A stretch of DNA of 63,815 nucleotides, the filler included, from Vannella sp. (taxonomy: Eukaryota), in assembly GCA_023345925.1 (NCBI GenBank). It is 7 parts of 7 records of this genome, joined end to end, with 100 filler letters (N's around TTAATTAATTAA, not from the genome) between each part and the next. Parts side by side here need not be neighbours in the genome. Positions count along the whole stretch, not along the records: positions 34,808 to 43,918 come from JAJQQN010001274.1; positions 44,019 to 57,869 come from JAJQQN010001397.1; 5 more parts are not named here. One strand, written 5' to 3'. A program made the translations under genes and the position numbers. The notes beneath the pieces were generated by a model. The model worked only from the letters and a program-made list of their open reading frames with translations, searched no databases and was not told the DNA's origin. Within the stretch, counting starts at the first letter, position 1; each line of letters begins with the position of its first letter. Of the stretch, positions 36,350 to 45,917 are shown one piece after another.

Positions 36350-38002
36350 ATGGAGGAGCTTTCTAACAAGAAGCCTGTAGGTAGTGGCCTCATGATAGCC
36401 GGATCTCACTCCAAACAGAGGAAGAACTTAACTTGTGCGTGCAACTCTTGCCGTTCCTCGAAAGTGCGATGTGATGGACAACTTCCTTGTGGACGATGTC
36501 GCTTAAAGGAGTGGGACTGCTTGTACTCAGAGCAGAAGAAACGAGGGTTCCCGAAGAAAGCCAAACGGAAAAGCGAGGGAGAAGGTCCTACGTTCTCTGT
36601 CTCTCCCTCGGTTCCCTCTTTGTTCTCAGCTCACTCACTTCACCCTTCTCCCAGCATGGGACCACTCTCAGCAGAAGTGAGCCCATTTGCCGTGATATTT
36701 GAACAAGAAGCGGTTGACGAGGTCGTCTCTCACACTTGGAGCTTCCAACAAGATCCAGACCGTTCCCAGCTCCTCCAGATGTTCGTCCGATACTTCCATC
36801 CCGTAGCTTGTCTCGGGCTGATCCCTGTCGAACACCTTTTCCACCCTCAGAACGCCACCCAGTCCTTCTGCCAGCACTTGGCCCTTCTCTTCACTCTGAG
36901 GAGGATGCCGTCTCTCCCTGTGGTGCGTCTCTTCGGTCTCGACTCCCACTGGGCTCACTTTGCGCAGCATGCAGAACCATACGAAAGAGAAGTCTTTGCT
37001 GAAGCTCGCCAGGTCCAGAAACGCCCCGCGCTGGAGTCTGTCAAAGCCATATGCTTCCTCACACGTTACTGCTTCATTGTGTCGTCTGACCGACAACAGT
37101 TCTGGTCCAACGTCGCTCGCGAGATGTTGAGAAGCCTCCGTTTGGAGGAACCAAAGTACTTTATGGATGTCTTTCTCATTAGAACGGTGGTCAGCATCAA
37201 CCCAGCGTTGGAACGCTCACCTAGAGAGAACGCTTACCTCGATCAGATGCAAAAGGAGCTCATTACCATCCTTCACATGCCTTCTGAGGATGTTTACGAG
37301 CGATACAAGTGTACAAAGGACCGGTTTGAAGCTCTCTATTCGCTCTATGGCGATCCAGTGTACAGGGCCTACTTTTACCACGTTTTTCGGTTGGAGGAAG
37401 CGGGCTCGTCACTCACATCACCACCTTGGTTATCGCATGATCAATACTCTTGCATTCATGACTCCATGGAGAAAGCGCTTCCCCAATTCTCATTGCTAGG
37501 GGTCTCAGAAGACTTGCCTTTCGTTCCCGAGTTCTTTGACATGCATCGAGCTGCCACTCTCGAGTCTGCAGGGAGGAACTCGGAGTGTATTTCGATGTGT
37601 CAGAAAGCGCTGGAATCTATCAAGGCCAGCATGGACCAAGCACCCTTTGCCACATACTACTTCATCCTCACACTTCAAGCACTATTCAAGACCTTTCTTC
37701 GACACTCTCTGTGGCAACTTGCTGAGTCAGTTATTCAGCTTCAAGAAGAAGCTGGCTCCTTCCAGCCCCGTCAATATGAGATTGCAAGAGCTAATCGGAA
37801 ACGGCTTGCAATCATTAATCTCACTCACCACCGAGAACCTATTTACCCCTTGTTTGAACACACGCAGTCATTGAGCAGCTTGGTCCAATTCCAATGCTCC
37901 CATTTGATCACATCCACGAACATTCCCTTAGAAGCTGGCGATTACCTTCCTCTTCCCACTTCCGATCTGTCTCCTCGTTCGACACAAAGTGATGCTAACT
38001 GA
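36350..38002 (+). CDS. Zn2Cys6 (GAL4-type) transcription factor
   Basis: ACNSCRSSKVRCDGQLPCGRCRLKEWDC followed by KKRG. Confidence 0.88.
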   Translation: MEELSNKKPVGSGLMIAGSHSKQRKNLTCACNSCRSSKVRCDGQLPCGRCRLKEWDCLYSEQKKRGFPKKAKRKSEGEGPTFSVSPSVPSLFSAHSLHPSPSMGPLSAEVSPFAVIFEQEAVDEVVSHTWSFQQDPDRSQLLQMFVRYFHPVACLGLIPVEHLFHPQNATQSFCQHLALLFTLRRMPSLPVVRLFGLDSHWAHFAQHAEPYEREVFAEARQVQKRPALESVKAICFLTRYCFIVSSDRQQFWSNVAREMLRSLRLEEPKYFMDVFLIRTVVSINPALERSPRENAYLDQMQKELITILHMPSEDVYERYKCTKDRFEALYSLYGDPVYRAYFYHVFRLEEAGSSLTSPPWLSHDQYSCIHDSMEKALPQFSLLGVSEDLPFVPEFFDMHRAATLESAGRNSECISMCQKALESIKASMDQAPFATYYFILTLQALFKTFLRHSLWQLAESVIQLQEEAGSFQPRQYEIARANRKRLAIINLTHHREPIYPLFEHTQSLSSLVQFQCSHLITSTNIPLEAGDYLPLPTSDLSPRSTQSDAN

Positions 38003-38051
38003 ACCCCCTTCTTTTGCAAACTGTTTTAGATGAGAAGTGATGTTGGAATCG

Positions 38052-41000
38052 TTACATTTGGGGAATGGGTTGGGGACAGGCCACTTGGAATAGTGATTGA
38101 GAGCAAACCTTGGTAAGATTTCTATCAGTCTGGTGGGATCTCCAACGGATGTATATCTCAATGATAAGTACGGAGAGTGCAACCACAACGATGGCTCCTC
38201 CGACCATTCCAAGTGATATCCACGCAAGAGTTTTGTCATCTTGGCCAGACAGACAGGGATCTTCTGCATTACTCCCAATCAGTAGAAGAGCAAAGTTCGT
38301 GAGATGATCTGTTTGACCACAAAGAAAGGTCTGTTTGGGGTTGCCATTACCGGGTGCGTTGGTAGCGTTGGAAGGCACAGAAGTGAGACACTCATCCTCG
38401 CATCTCCATTTGTCCTTCTGCCCATCATAATAGCTCAAGCACGCTCTCTGACCCTTCTTTTCATTAGGAAGGGCCAAACAAATGGTCAACGGAGAGTCCA
38501 AAACGGTGATGGAATTGCCTTGCTTGTCTAAAAGAACAATGTTAAGCACGTTGCTGGCCAGTACTTGCTCGTTGAAAGGATTACTGGTAGAATTGTCCAC
38601 GTAAGAAGTGACCAAAGTGGTATTGGCTTGGTTGCTCAAGTTGGGAGGGACGAAGAGGGCTCCTGCCGGAGCCTCTCCAGGAACCAAGCCGGGTAGCTCC
38701 ACCAGTTGATTAGCAACTAGTTGTGCAGGAAATATAGCGGTGACCATCAAAGAAGGACTAATGGAGGCAGCAAGAGCGGCAGATGAGCTCATTGATGGCG
38801 AATCGCTTGCGAGAGTAGAAAGCGGCCCTGAGGGACTGGGAGTCTCGTTGATCGCTGGAAAAGAAGTCGCAGATACACTAAGCCTTTCTGATGGCGTCGC
38901 TGTCTCGCTGACGAGAGAAGCGGAAGAAACACTGATAATCTCACTTTCGCTGGCGGAGGCAATAAAGCTCTCTGAGCCTGAGGATGACTCGCTCTCACTA
39001 ATAGAAAAAGATTTTGCTACATTCTCACTGATAGTAGATGCTGGAGACGTTAATCTTGCAGTAGAAGAGAGAAATTCGGAACTTTCACTTTCACTCAAAG
39101 TAGGCGTGGCTGAGCCTCTAACACTTGCCCTGGAAGAAGGGTAGTTCGACAGGCTTTGACTGCTCGTTGAAGAGTGTGTTGAAGATTCTGTGGAACTCTG
39201 ACTGGGAGAGGAAGAAATTGACATAATCTCGCTCGCCCTGTTGGTTTGAGACGGAGATGCAGAGCTGGTAGAACTTGAACTTAGAGAGGATGATGGGGCG
39301 CCACTTTCACTCAAAGAGGGCGTAGCTGTGACCATGGGACCAGCGCCAAACGAAGGAACGCTCGATCCACTTTCAGTGCCAGTCGAGGAGTATGTGGCTG
39401 ATACTGTTGAGCTGGCAATAGATGAAATCGAGCGTGATAAGCTGCCGCTTGCACTTGTACTTTGAGATGAAGTTACTGATAAAGAAGGACTTGAACTTTG
39501 AGAAGGAGAGTTCGAAATGCTGCTGCTCTGACTCGGAGAAAGCGTTGCAGAATCAGTTGAAGTTGCACTAAAAGAGCTGCTCTCGCTGCTAGTGGAAGTA
39601 CACGTTAGTGATTCTGAGGGACTTGAGGAGGCAGAGCTCGACTCAGTTGCGCTAGAAGAGCTTGTCAGAGAGGGAGTTGCTGAGCCAGTCTGACTTGGAC
39701 TCAGAGAGCTCGAGCCACTCTTGCTGCCACTTGACGAGGTGGTAGCTGATCTTGTGGGGCTTGCTGTGAAGGACACAGATGGGGAAGCAGTCCTTGAGGC
39801 AGCCAAACTTCTACTCGGAGTGGGAGCGCTCGAGCCACTCTTGCTGCCACTTGAAGAAGTGGTTGCTGATCCTGTGGAACTTCCTGACACAGTCAAGCTT
39901 CCACTTAGAGAAGGAGAGCTTGAGACACTCTGACTGGCACTTGGTGAAGTGGTTGCTGATCTTGTGGGACTTGCTGTGAAGGAAGCAGAAGAAGTGGTTG
40001 TCGCAGAAACAGTGTAAGAGGGGCACAATCCTGCGGTTGTGTTGCAAGATGCTGAGGACAGTGAGTAGCCAGGAGGGAGTGAAAGGCAGTTGAACACTTG
40101 ATCGGTCAGATTGATGGAATAGTTCTTTGGGCGGGGATCTGGCAGTTCCCCACAAAGGTGATTGCTGCTTCCTGAAAGAAAGACCGTAACGAGAGCCGGC
40201 AATCCACTCCAGTAAGGCAGAGTTCCACTGAGTCGATTGTCATATAACAATCTGCAGACAAAGGATGAGAGATCCGCCTTATTTGTGAACGAACCTTTGA
40301 ACCAAGCTCGGTGATAAAGGAAACATTGTACAGGAGAAAAGGGAAAGAAAGTACACACATTTCAGCAACGCTCAAAAGACTGGGCCATTCAGGAAGAGTT
40401 CCATTAATCTCGTTCACTTGCAAGTTTCTACAAATGATGAGTTATCTAAGATCGTAGCACCCTTATCCAGCAAAGCCTTGTCTGAACGAAGACACTTACA
40501 GTAGGTACAAGTTCTGCATGGTAGGCCATTCCGGAAGAGTCCCGCTTATCCTATTGTTTTGCAAGTACCTACGTGTTGCCAATCGATTAATTCCTCATTG
40601 CTACACTAACCAAAATGAGGAGAAGAGGAACTGAACTCACAAGTAAACCAATTTCCGCATGTTAGGCCATTCAGGAATGGTTCCAGTTAACTTATTGTCG
40701 TTCATGAAGCTGTCATGGACAATCAGTGATCCCCATGACCCATTCGAACGGCATAGAATCGAAGGGGACTCACATGCCAGTAAGGGAAGTCAGATTAGAC
40801 CATTCAGGAAGAGTTCCGCTGATAACGTTGCCTCCGAGAGTTCTGCAGTACCCAATAAGTACCCTCCCCTGAGATACGAAGTGTCGATCCTTACAAGATG
40901 CTAAGCAGGGGAAGATACAAATCCGGAAGCGATCCTGTCAAGTTGTTGCTGTTCAGATCGAGGTGAGTTACGTTCCCATTGAAGGTGTCGCAAGTGACAC

Positions 41001-41175
41001 CATGCCATAGAGAAGTGCAAGGATCCGTAGAGGTGTTCCACAAAGTGTACCAGAAAGGGCCACCAGCTGCAGCGTTAAGAGCAAGTAGAGAATCCTTCTG
41101 ATCCTGGGGCAGTGCGAAGGCCGCACAAATGAACAAGGCAAGAAAAGCGGACAGCCAGCGCGCAGCAGAGTCCAT
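38052..41175 (-). CDS. Cell-surface receptor-like protein: signal peptide, LRRNT and LRRs, Ser/Thr stalk, GAIN/GPS motif, single TM
   Basis: Exons 41175-40895, 40842-40774, 40709-40641, 40568-40500, 40427-40359 and 40251-38052. Plant-type LRR cap DPC..WHGVTC, repeats N.ISGTLPEW, CLSYYD...WRC...CGQTDHLTNFALLL and one TM. Confidence 0.85.
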
Positions 41176-41851
41176 AATAATGATCGAAAACGCGCCAAGC
41201 GGCTCGGCTCGTCGGGAAAACGGAAAATTCCGACTTCTGTGGGTTCCGAAGACCGGAGTTGACTGTTCAAGGAAGCCAATTTTTTCTCTACTGAAAACCG
41301 CATTCATTTCTTACAATCCATGACCCTATTGCGAAATAATACGGGAGATAAAGAGCTTTCTTAGGGATGAAGATGTGAGTCTGAAAGTCTTGGCCTTACC
41401 CTGAACAAGTGTGCGCTATCTGGTGCCTTTAAAGGATAGAAAATATCTTACACTATCAATGAGGATCCTTGAGCTGGAACCATTCACAACTGATGAGTTG
41501 AAGACTTGCACATCTGAGCATGTTTTAGCCCATAGAAACACGAAAGACCCATTCTCAATGAGTGAGTACATCTCTTTATGCTTCTTATGATGTGAAGAGA
41601 TGCAAAGCTTGTATTGAACCCAGCAAGCACCAACTCAGTATGCTTGTGCACCACTCTCTGTGTTGCCTGAACAGAAAGCAAGAAAGGACATCCAAGATTG
41701 GAACTTGGTGCATCCGAATAGAAGCTGCTCTGAGCTTTGGCTCCCAAAGACGATTGAAGTTCGTTGCCAAAGGAGTTGATTCAGTGATTGTTCTCTTCAA
41801 ATCTAACGTAAACAGGGAGGGAAGGGAAGAACTTGATTTAGTGGAGCATTG

Positions 41852-42523
41852 TTACATCAGTCCGCAACCAGACGACGACTGTTTAGGGGGCTGGGTGTTG
41901 GTTGGTGGACGAGTTGAGGACATGTTTTGGGTTGGACGTCCAGTTGGTCGCGCTTCAGAGAATTGTGGGGGCACTGGCTGTGCGTGGGAGCTGGCAACAA
42001 CTCGCACCTTTTCTTGCGCTGCTTGCAACTCCCTCTCTGCCGTTGCTCGGGCTTCCGCCATCTCCCTTTCGCGCTGCTGCGACTTGCGCTCCTGCTCCTC
42101 ACGCATTTGCCTCATCTGATCGTTGTGGCTCTTTCCCTTCTCCTCTAGCAAGTCGGAGGTGTTCTGCTTCATCTGCGCGATCTTCCTATCAAAGTCCTCT
42201 TGCGCTTGCTTCATGTCCGCTTCGACATCTTGGCGATGTTTGGCAAACTCCTCTTCAAAGGAGCGTCTTTGGGCCTCTGCAAAGGAGGATTCTGCCGCAG
42301 CCTGGCTCGGCGTTGTCACTCGAGAAGTCAGCGAAGTGTCGTACTCCTGTCGGGCTTCTGGGACACTGAGAACCTGGTAAGCGGTGGAGACCTTGTCGAA
42401 CAGATCGCTTGGCTTGCCTCCGTTCTTGTCCGGATGGTGCAATCTCGCTAGCGAGAAGTAGGCCTTCCTGATTTGAGGCAAAGTGGCATCACTCTCGAGT
42501 CCGAGAGATGCATAGTGGGACAT
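41852..42523 (-). CDS. J-domain protein with coiled coil and C-terminal CaaX
   Basis: HYASLGL...IRKAY..LARLHHPDKN; ends SSSGCGLM. Confidence 0.88.
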   Translation of the reverse strand: MSHYASLGLESDATLPQIRKAYFSLARLHHPDKNGGKPSDLFDKVSTAYQVLSVPEARQEYDTSLTSRVTTPSQAAAESSFAEAQRRSFEEEFAKHRQDVEADMKQAQEDFDRKIAQMKQNTSDLLEEKGKSHNDQMRQMREEQERKSQQREREMAEARATAERELQAAQEKVRVVASSHAQPVPPQFSEARPTGRPTQNMSSTRPPTNTQPPKQSSSGCGLM

Positions 42524-42570
42524 GGCGGCTAATTGATGAGTATCTTCCCTTCCCTCTCAAAAGAGGTTAC

Positions 42571-42670
42571 CAAGACTCACTTCCCGTGCAGGGGAACTGA
42601 TCAAAGTCTCACTTCCCCGAGCAGGGGAACTGGCCAATGTCTCCCTTCCCGTGCAAAAGGGGGAAGTGAT
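42571..42670. repeat. Three imperfect ~33-bp tandem repeats, each with an internal inverted repeat
   Basis: Unit caa(a)g(a/t)ctc(a/c)cttccc(c)g(t/a)gca-ggggaa(c/g)tg repeated three times; TTCCC...GGGAA can pair. Confidence 0.8.
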
Positions 42671-42722
42671 GAGTTGAGTTGAGAGGCAAAGGGATCTTTA
42701 TCGTTGAAGATGAGGTTTCCGG

Positions 42723-43918
42723 CTAGTTGATGATGCATCCGCTCGATTCATCTGGATTCGCCGGGCGGCTGGGAGGATGGATTGGAGAGGGTTCCTGTTG
42801 GAATAGTTGGGGTTGACGAACTCCTTTGGGGGCTCGTCTCTTTGGGATAAAGCTTGGCACTATGCGTGGGATAACGCAAGTGGAACATTCTCGGCAGTAG
42901 TAGGGCTCGCTCTCTTTACAATCCCGGAAGATTTGAGTGCATCGGCGGCTACTACACTGCTTGAAGACTCCATACTGGCCCAAAAGTCTCACAGACTGGA
43001 TTCTCGAATAGCCAAAGAGCACCTCCCTGCCGTGGTGTGGGAGAAGAGCTTGAATGTCAGCCAAGCAAACATCACTACCGCAATGACAGGCGATTGGAAC
43101 CTCCTCTAACAAGCAATCTTGCAGGATCTCATTCATACAAGTAGAGCAGAAAGAGTGTCCACATTCATGCAAGGTGTATGGGTTCGAGACGCGCGTTAAG
43201 CAGTTATTGCAGGGAGTGAGAGCGAGTTCCTCCTCGTTTGGCAGTTTTTTACCCACTACAGCTCGTTGAACAACCTTGAATTGATCTAATGAGCTATTCA
43301 CCACCAATCTGCCCTTGACAATTGTCATGGGCTGCAATTGGAGCAAAGCTGAGAGTGCCTCGTGAGACCACGGGAGAGTCTCCCTGTTCAAGTCAATAGT
43401 GCGTTGAAGTGTCCCAGCAGACATCAAAGCATTGATCAAGCCCTCCACTTTCTCTCTGAAAATGCGGACAGCTTGGGGGCTTCCTGTCATATGGAGAAAA
43501 GTGTGGTCTACCGAGAACTCAACGAGGGATCCTTTTGCAATGTTCTTTGCAAACTTTCGGATGTCAAACTGGTGACTGCGGCTGATGGGAATACTCTCTG
43601 ACACGTATTCTTTGGAAACTGCTTCCAAGAATCTGCTGATACTGCTAAAGTTTGGAGAACTGACCCGAATACTGCATTTCTCGTCCTCCAGTTTACAATG
43701 AGTCAGGTTTGTAGAATCGTACTTTTCGCATTTCGCTTCGACTTCGATCCAGCCTTTCTTGGAAGAGGTGATACGAACCTCACAAGTGGTGGGAAGACAA
43801 AGGAGGAGTCTTAACTCGCTCTGGGCAGCAGCGGCATTGAATGCTGGGATGTTGTCCCTGAAGATAATGATGCCCTTTCTGGTATTTTGGGAAAGCAGCT
43901 TTGCCAACCGGAGTTCAT
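42723..43918 (-). CDS. 5'-truncated KH-like, RING and IBR-like (RBR family) protein
   Basis: CNNC...CGHSFCSTC...CHC, then CSSRRC...YYCREC. Shares LVVxSxLDQFxxVQRAV and CxADI with 2456-4424. Confidence 0.65.
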
Positions 43919-44018
43919 NNNNNNNNNNNNNNNNNNNNNNNNNNNNNNNNNNNNNNNNNNNNTTAATTAATTAANNNNNNNNNNNNNNNNNNNNNNNNNN
44001 NNNNNNNNNNNNNNNNNN
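43919..44018. other. Artificial contig linker
   Basis: N44-TTAATTAATTAA-N44. Confidence 0.99.
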
Positions 44019-44406
44019 GAACAGAACGCCTCCTTGCTTTCAAGGGGAAGAGGGGGAGCAGATGCGTGTGGCCCTCTTCTACAGCCCAATCTCTGGGAGA
44101 CCTGCCCTCGGAGTCAAGGCTGCAAGTGTTGGCTCCTTCAGAGATGAGGAAGGAGACGGTCTCCTTGCGTCCTTGCTTGACAGCCCAATGAAGGGCTGTT
44201 TCATTGAAGAAGTTGGGCATGTCCGCGAGAAGCCCCTGGCGAAGGAGAAACGAGAGGAAGCGAGTATCCTTCCTAAGAGCAGCGAAATGAAGCGGAGAAG
44301 TCCCGTAAATCGTGTTGCAATGAACGTAAGAGACGAACTTGGTCATCTCCTTCTCACAGAAAGAGTCTTCAACGACAGAGCGTATCAAGGGAGTCCAAGA
44401 GGTCAT
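44019..44406 (-). CDS. Small ankyrin-repeat protein (3' partial)
   Basis: SPLHFAA, ETALHWAVKQG, GRSPRDWA. Confidence 0.88.
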
Positions 44407-44854
44407 CCTGGGGTTGATAAGTATGGAGTGAGGGCTCCTTCACTCGTGTGCCAGCGATATTTGAAAGAATTCAGGAAAGCGAGCCCCAAGCTCGGGGTAG
44501 CACGCAGTAAGGGAATATTTAAACTCTCTTGCGGACTTGGTGGTACCTTCTGCCCGCAGTAGCTCGCTTTCCCTCCATCCTTCGACTACTGGAGGGCAAC
44601 TTGCATTCCCAAAATTGCTTTCTGGCTCAGAAAGATCACTTTCATGGTCTTGGTGGCTCACTTTGGTTGAGGTCTTGAAATGACTCGAAAGAAAGGAGGA
44701 AGACTCTCAAGATGTCAAGGAGGTTCATCCAAATGGTTTCTCGAGCATCATTGTTAGGATTGTCTGATGTGCTTCTTTGCCAAGCCAATGCCCATCTCCT
44801 GCCTGTTTCCAACGCATGCAGGCGCCTCTTATCTGAAAGTTCTTCTCTGGCGGT

Positions 44855-44970
44855 GGATTTGCGTTCTGCGTCAAGCTTGCTGTTGAGGTGGCACCACGAA
44901 GAGATCAGAAGAGTGACAACCTCTTCATAGTCCCCGGCCAACTAAGAACAAGAGGAAGCGAGGGCCCTGG
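44855..44970 (-). pseudogene. Internally deleted fragment of the ankyrin gene
   Basis: Near-identical to about 45146-45316 but lacking roughly 60 bp (the ETALHWAVKQG region) and carrying indels. Confidence 0.8.
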
Positions 44971-44995
44971 ATGTCAGTGGATAGTTAAGTAAGAT

Positions 44996-45454
44996 TTAGT
45001 GCGTGCAAAGGGAAGGAGAGTGGCGAAGAGGAGAATGAGTTGGCACTCTTGTGTGAGGGGAGGGAAGAGCGCGCTTCCTTGTGTTTGAGGGGTAAAGCAG
45101 ATGAAGCAGATGTTTGTGACCCTCTTCCAGAGCCCAGTCTTTGGGGGATTTGCGTTCCGAGTCCAGCTTGCTGGTGTTGGCGCCACGAGAGATCAGAAGA
45201 GTGACAACCTCTTCGTGTCCTTGTTTGACAGCCCAGTGAAGAGCTGTTTCGTCGTAATAGTTGGGAGAGTCAATCGGTAGTCCCTGACCAAGTAAGAACA
45301 AGAGGAAGCGAGGGTCCTTCCTCAACGCAGCGAAATGAAGTGGGGTACTTCCAAAGTCGGTGTGGCAATGGAGAAACGGAGTATACTTGATCATCTCTTC
45401 TTCACAGAAGGACTTCTTCACCAAGAGGTGGATCAGAGGTGTCCAGGCAGTCAT
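44996..45454 (-). CDS. Small ankyrin-repeat protein, tandem paralog of 44019-44406
   Basis: MTAWTPLI, TPLHFAALRKD, ETALHWAVKQG, RKSPKDWA. Confidence 0.88.
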   Translation of the reverse strand: MTAWTPLIHLLVKKSFCEEEMIKYTPFLHCHTDFGSTPLHFAALRKDPRFLLFLLGQGLPIDSPNYYDETALHWAVKQGHEEVVTLLISRGANTSKLDSERKSPKDWALEEGHKHLLHLLYPSNTRKRALPSPHTRVPTHSPLRHSPSLCTH

Positions 45455-45917
45455 CGGGCGTGAGTGATCAGACAATGTGACCTCCTACTCAGAGGTCAGC
45501 CTCATGGGTTTGAAGAAATGCAGGAAAGCGCGCTACTGCACGACGGAGGTGTGACCTTGCAGGACTCTGCAGGAGAGAAGTTCTATTTCAAGATAATTCC
45601 TTGAAGAGAACGAAAGAAAGCGTTGAGTTGGAAACTTCTAGATCCGACCCCGCAAGTGAGAAAGCGAAGACTTGGTGGATTATTCATGGAGGCCTCTCCA
45701 AACATCAATCTCTTCTTCTCACTTGCCACTTCGGGTTTGAGAATCCGATCTCAAAGGAACGCTCGAGTCCTTATCCTCCATCAGCCCACCCGTGTTCCCA
45801 AACATGTGAATGAGAGCCAGAATGCACATCTCATCTCTCAATAGAACTTGTCAGAAGTGGAGAGGAACTCTCCAGCATGGGGCATTCTTATCTGGTAATG
45901 TTTCTATTGGACTGGGG

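Noticed and set aside
36350..38002. Zn2Cys6 factor as evidence of fungal origin or contamination
   Set aside because: This domain also occurs in amoebozoans and other protists, and the neighbouring genes match the rest of the window in style.
39700..39990. Internal DNA repeats in the receptor stalk
   Set aside because: Ordinary Ser/Thr mucin-type coding repeats, already explained by the CDS.
41310..41850. Short ORFs between the LRR receptor and J-protein genes
   Set aside because: No coherent exon chain or recognisable motif.
42571..42670. Possible CRISPR array
   Set aside because: Units abut with no unique spacers, there are no cas genes and the context is eukaryotic.
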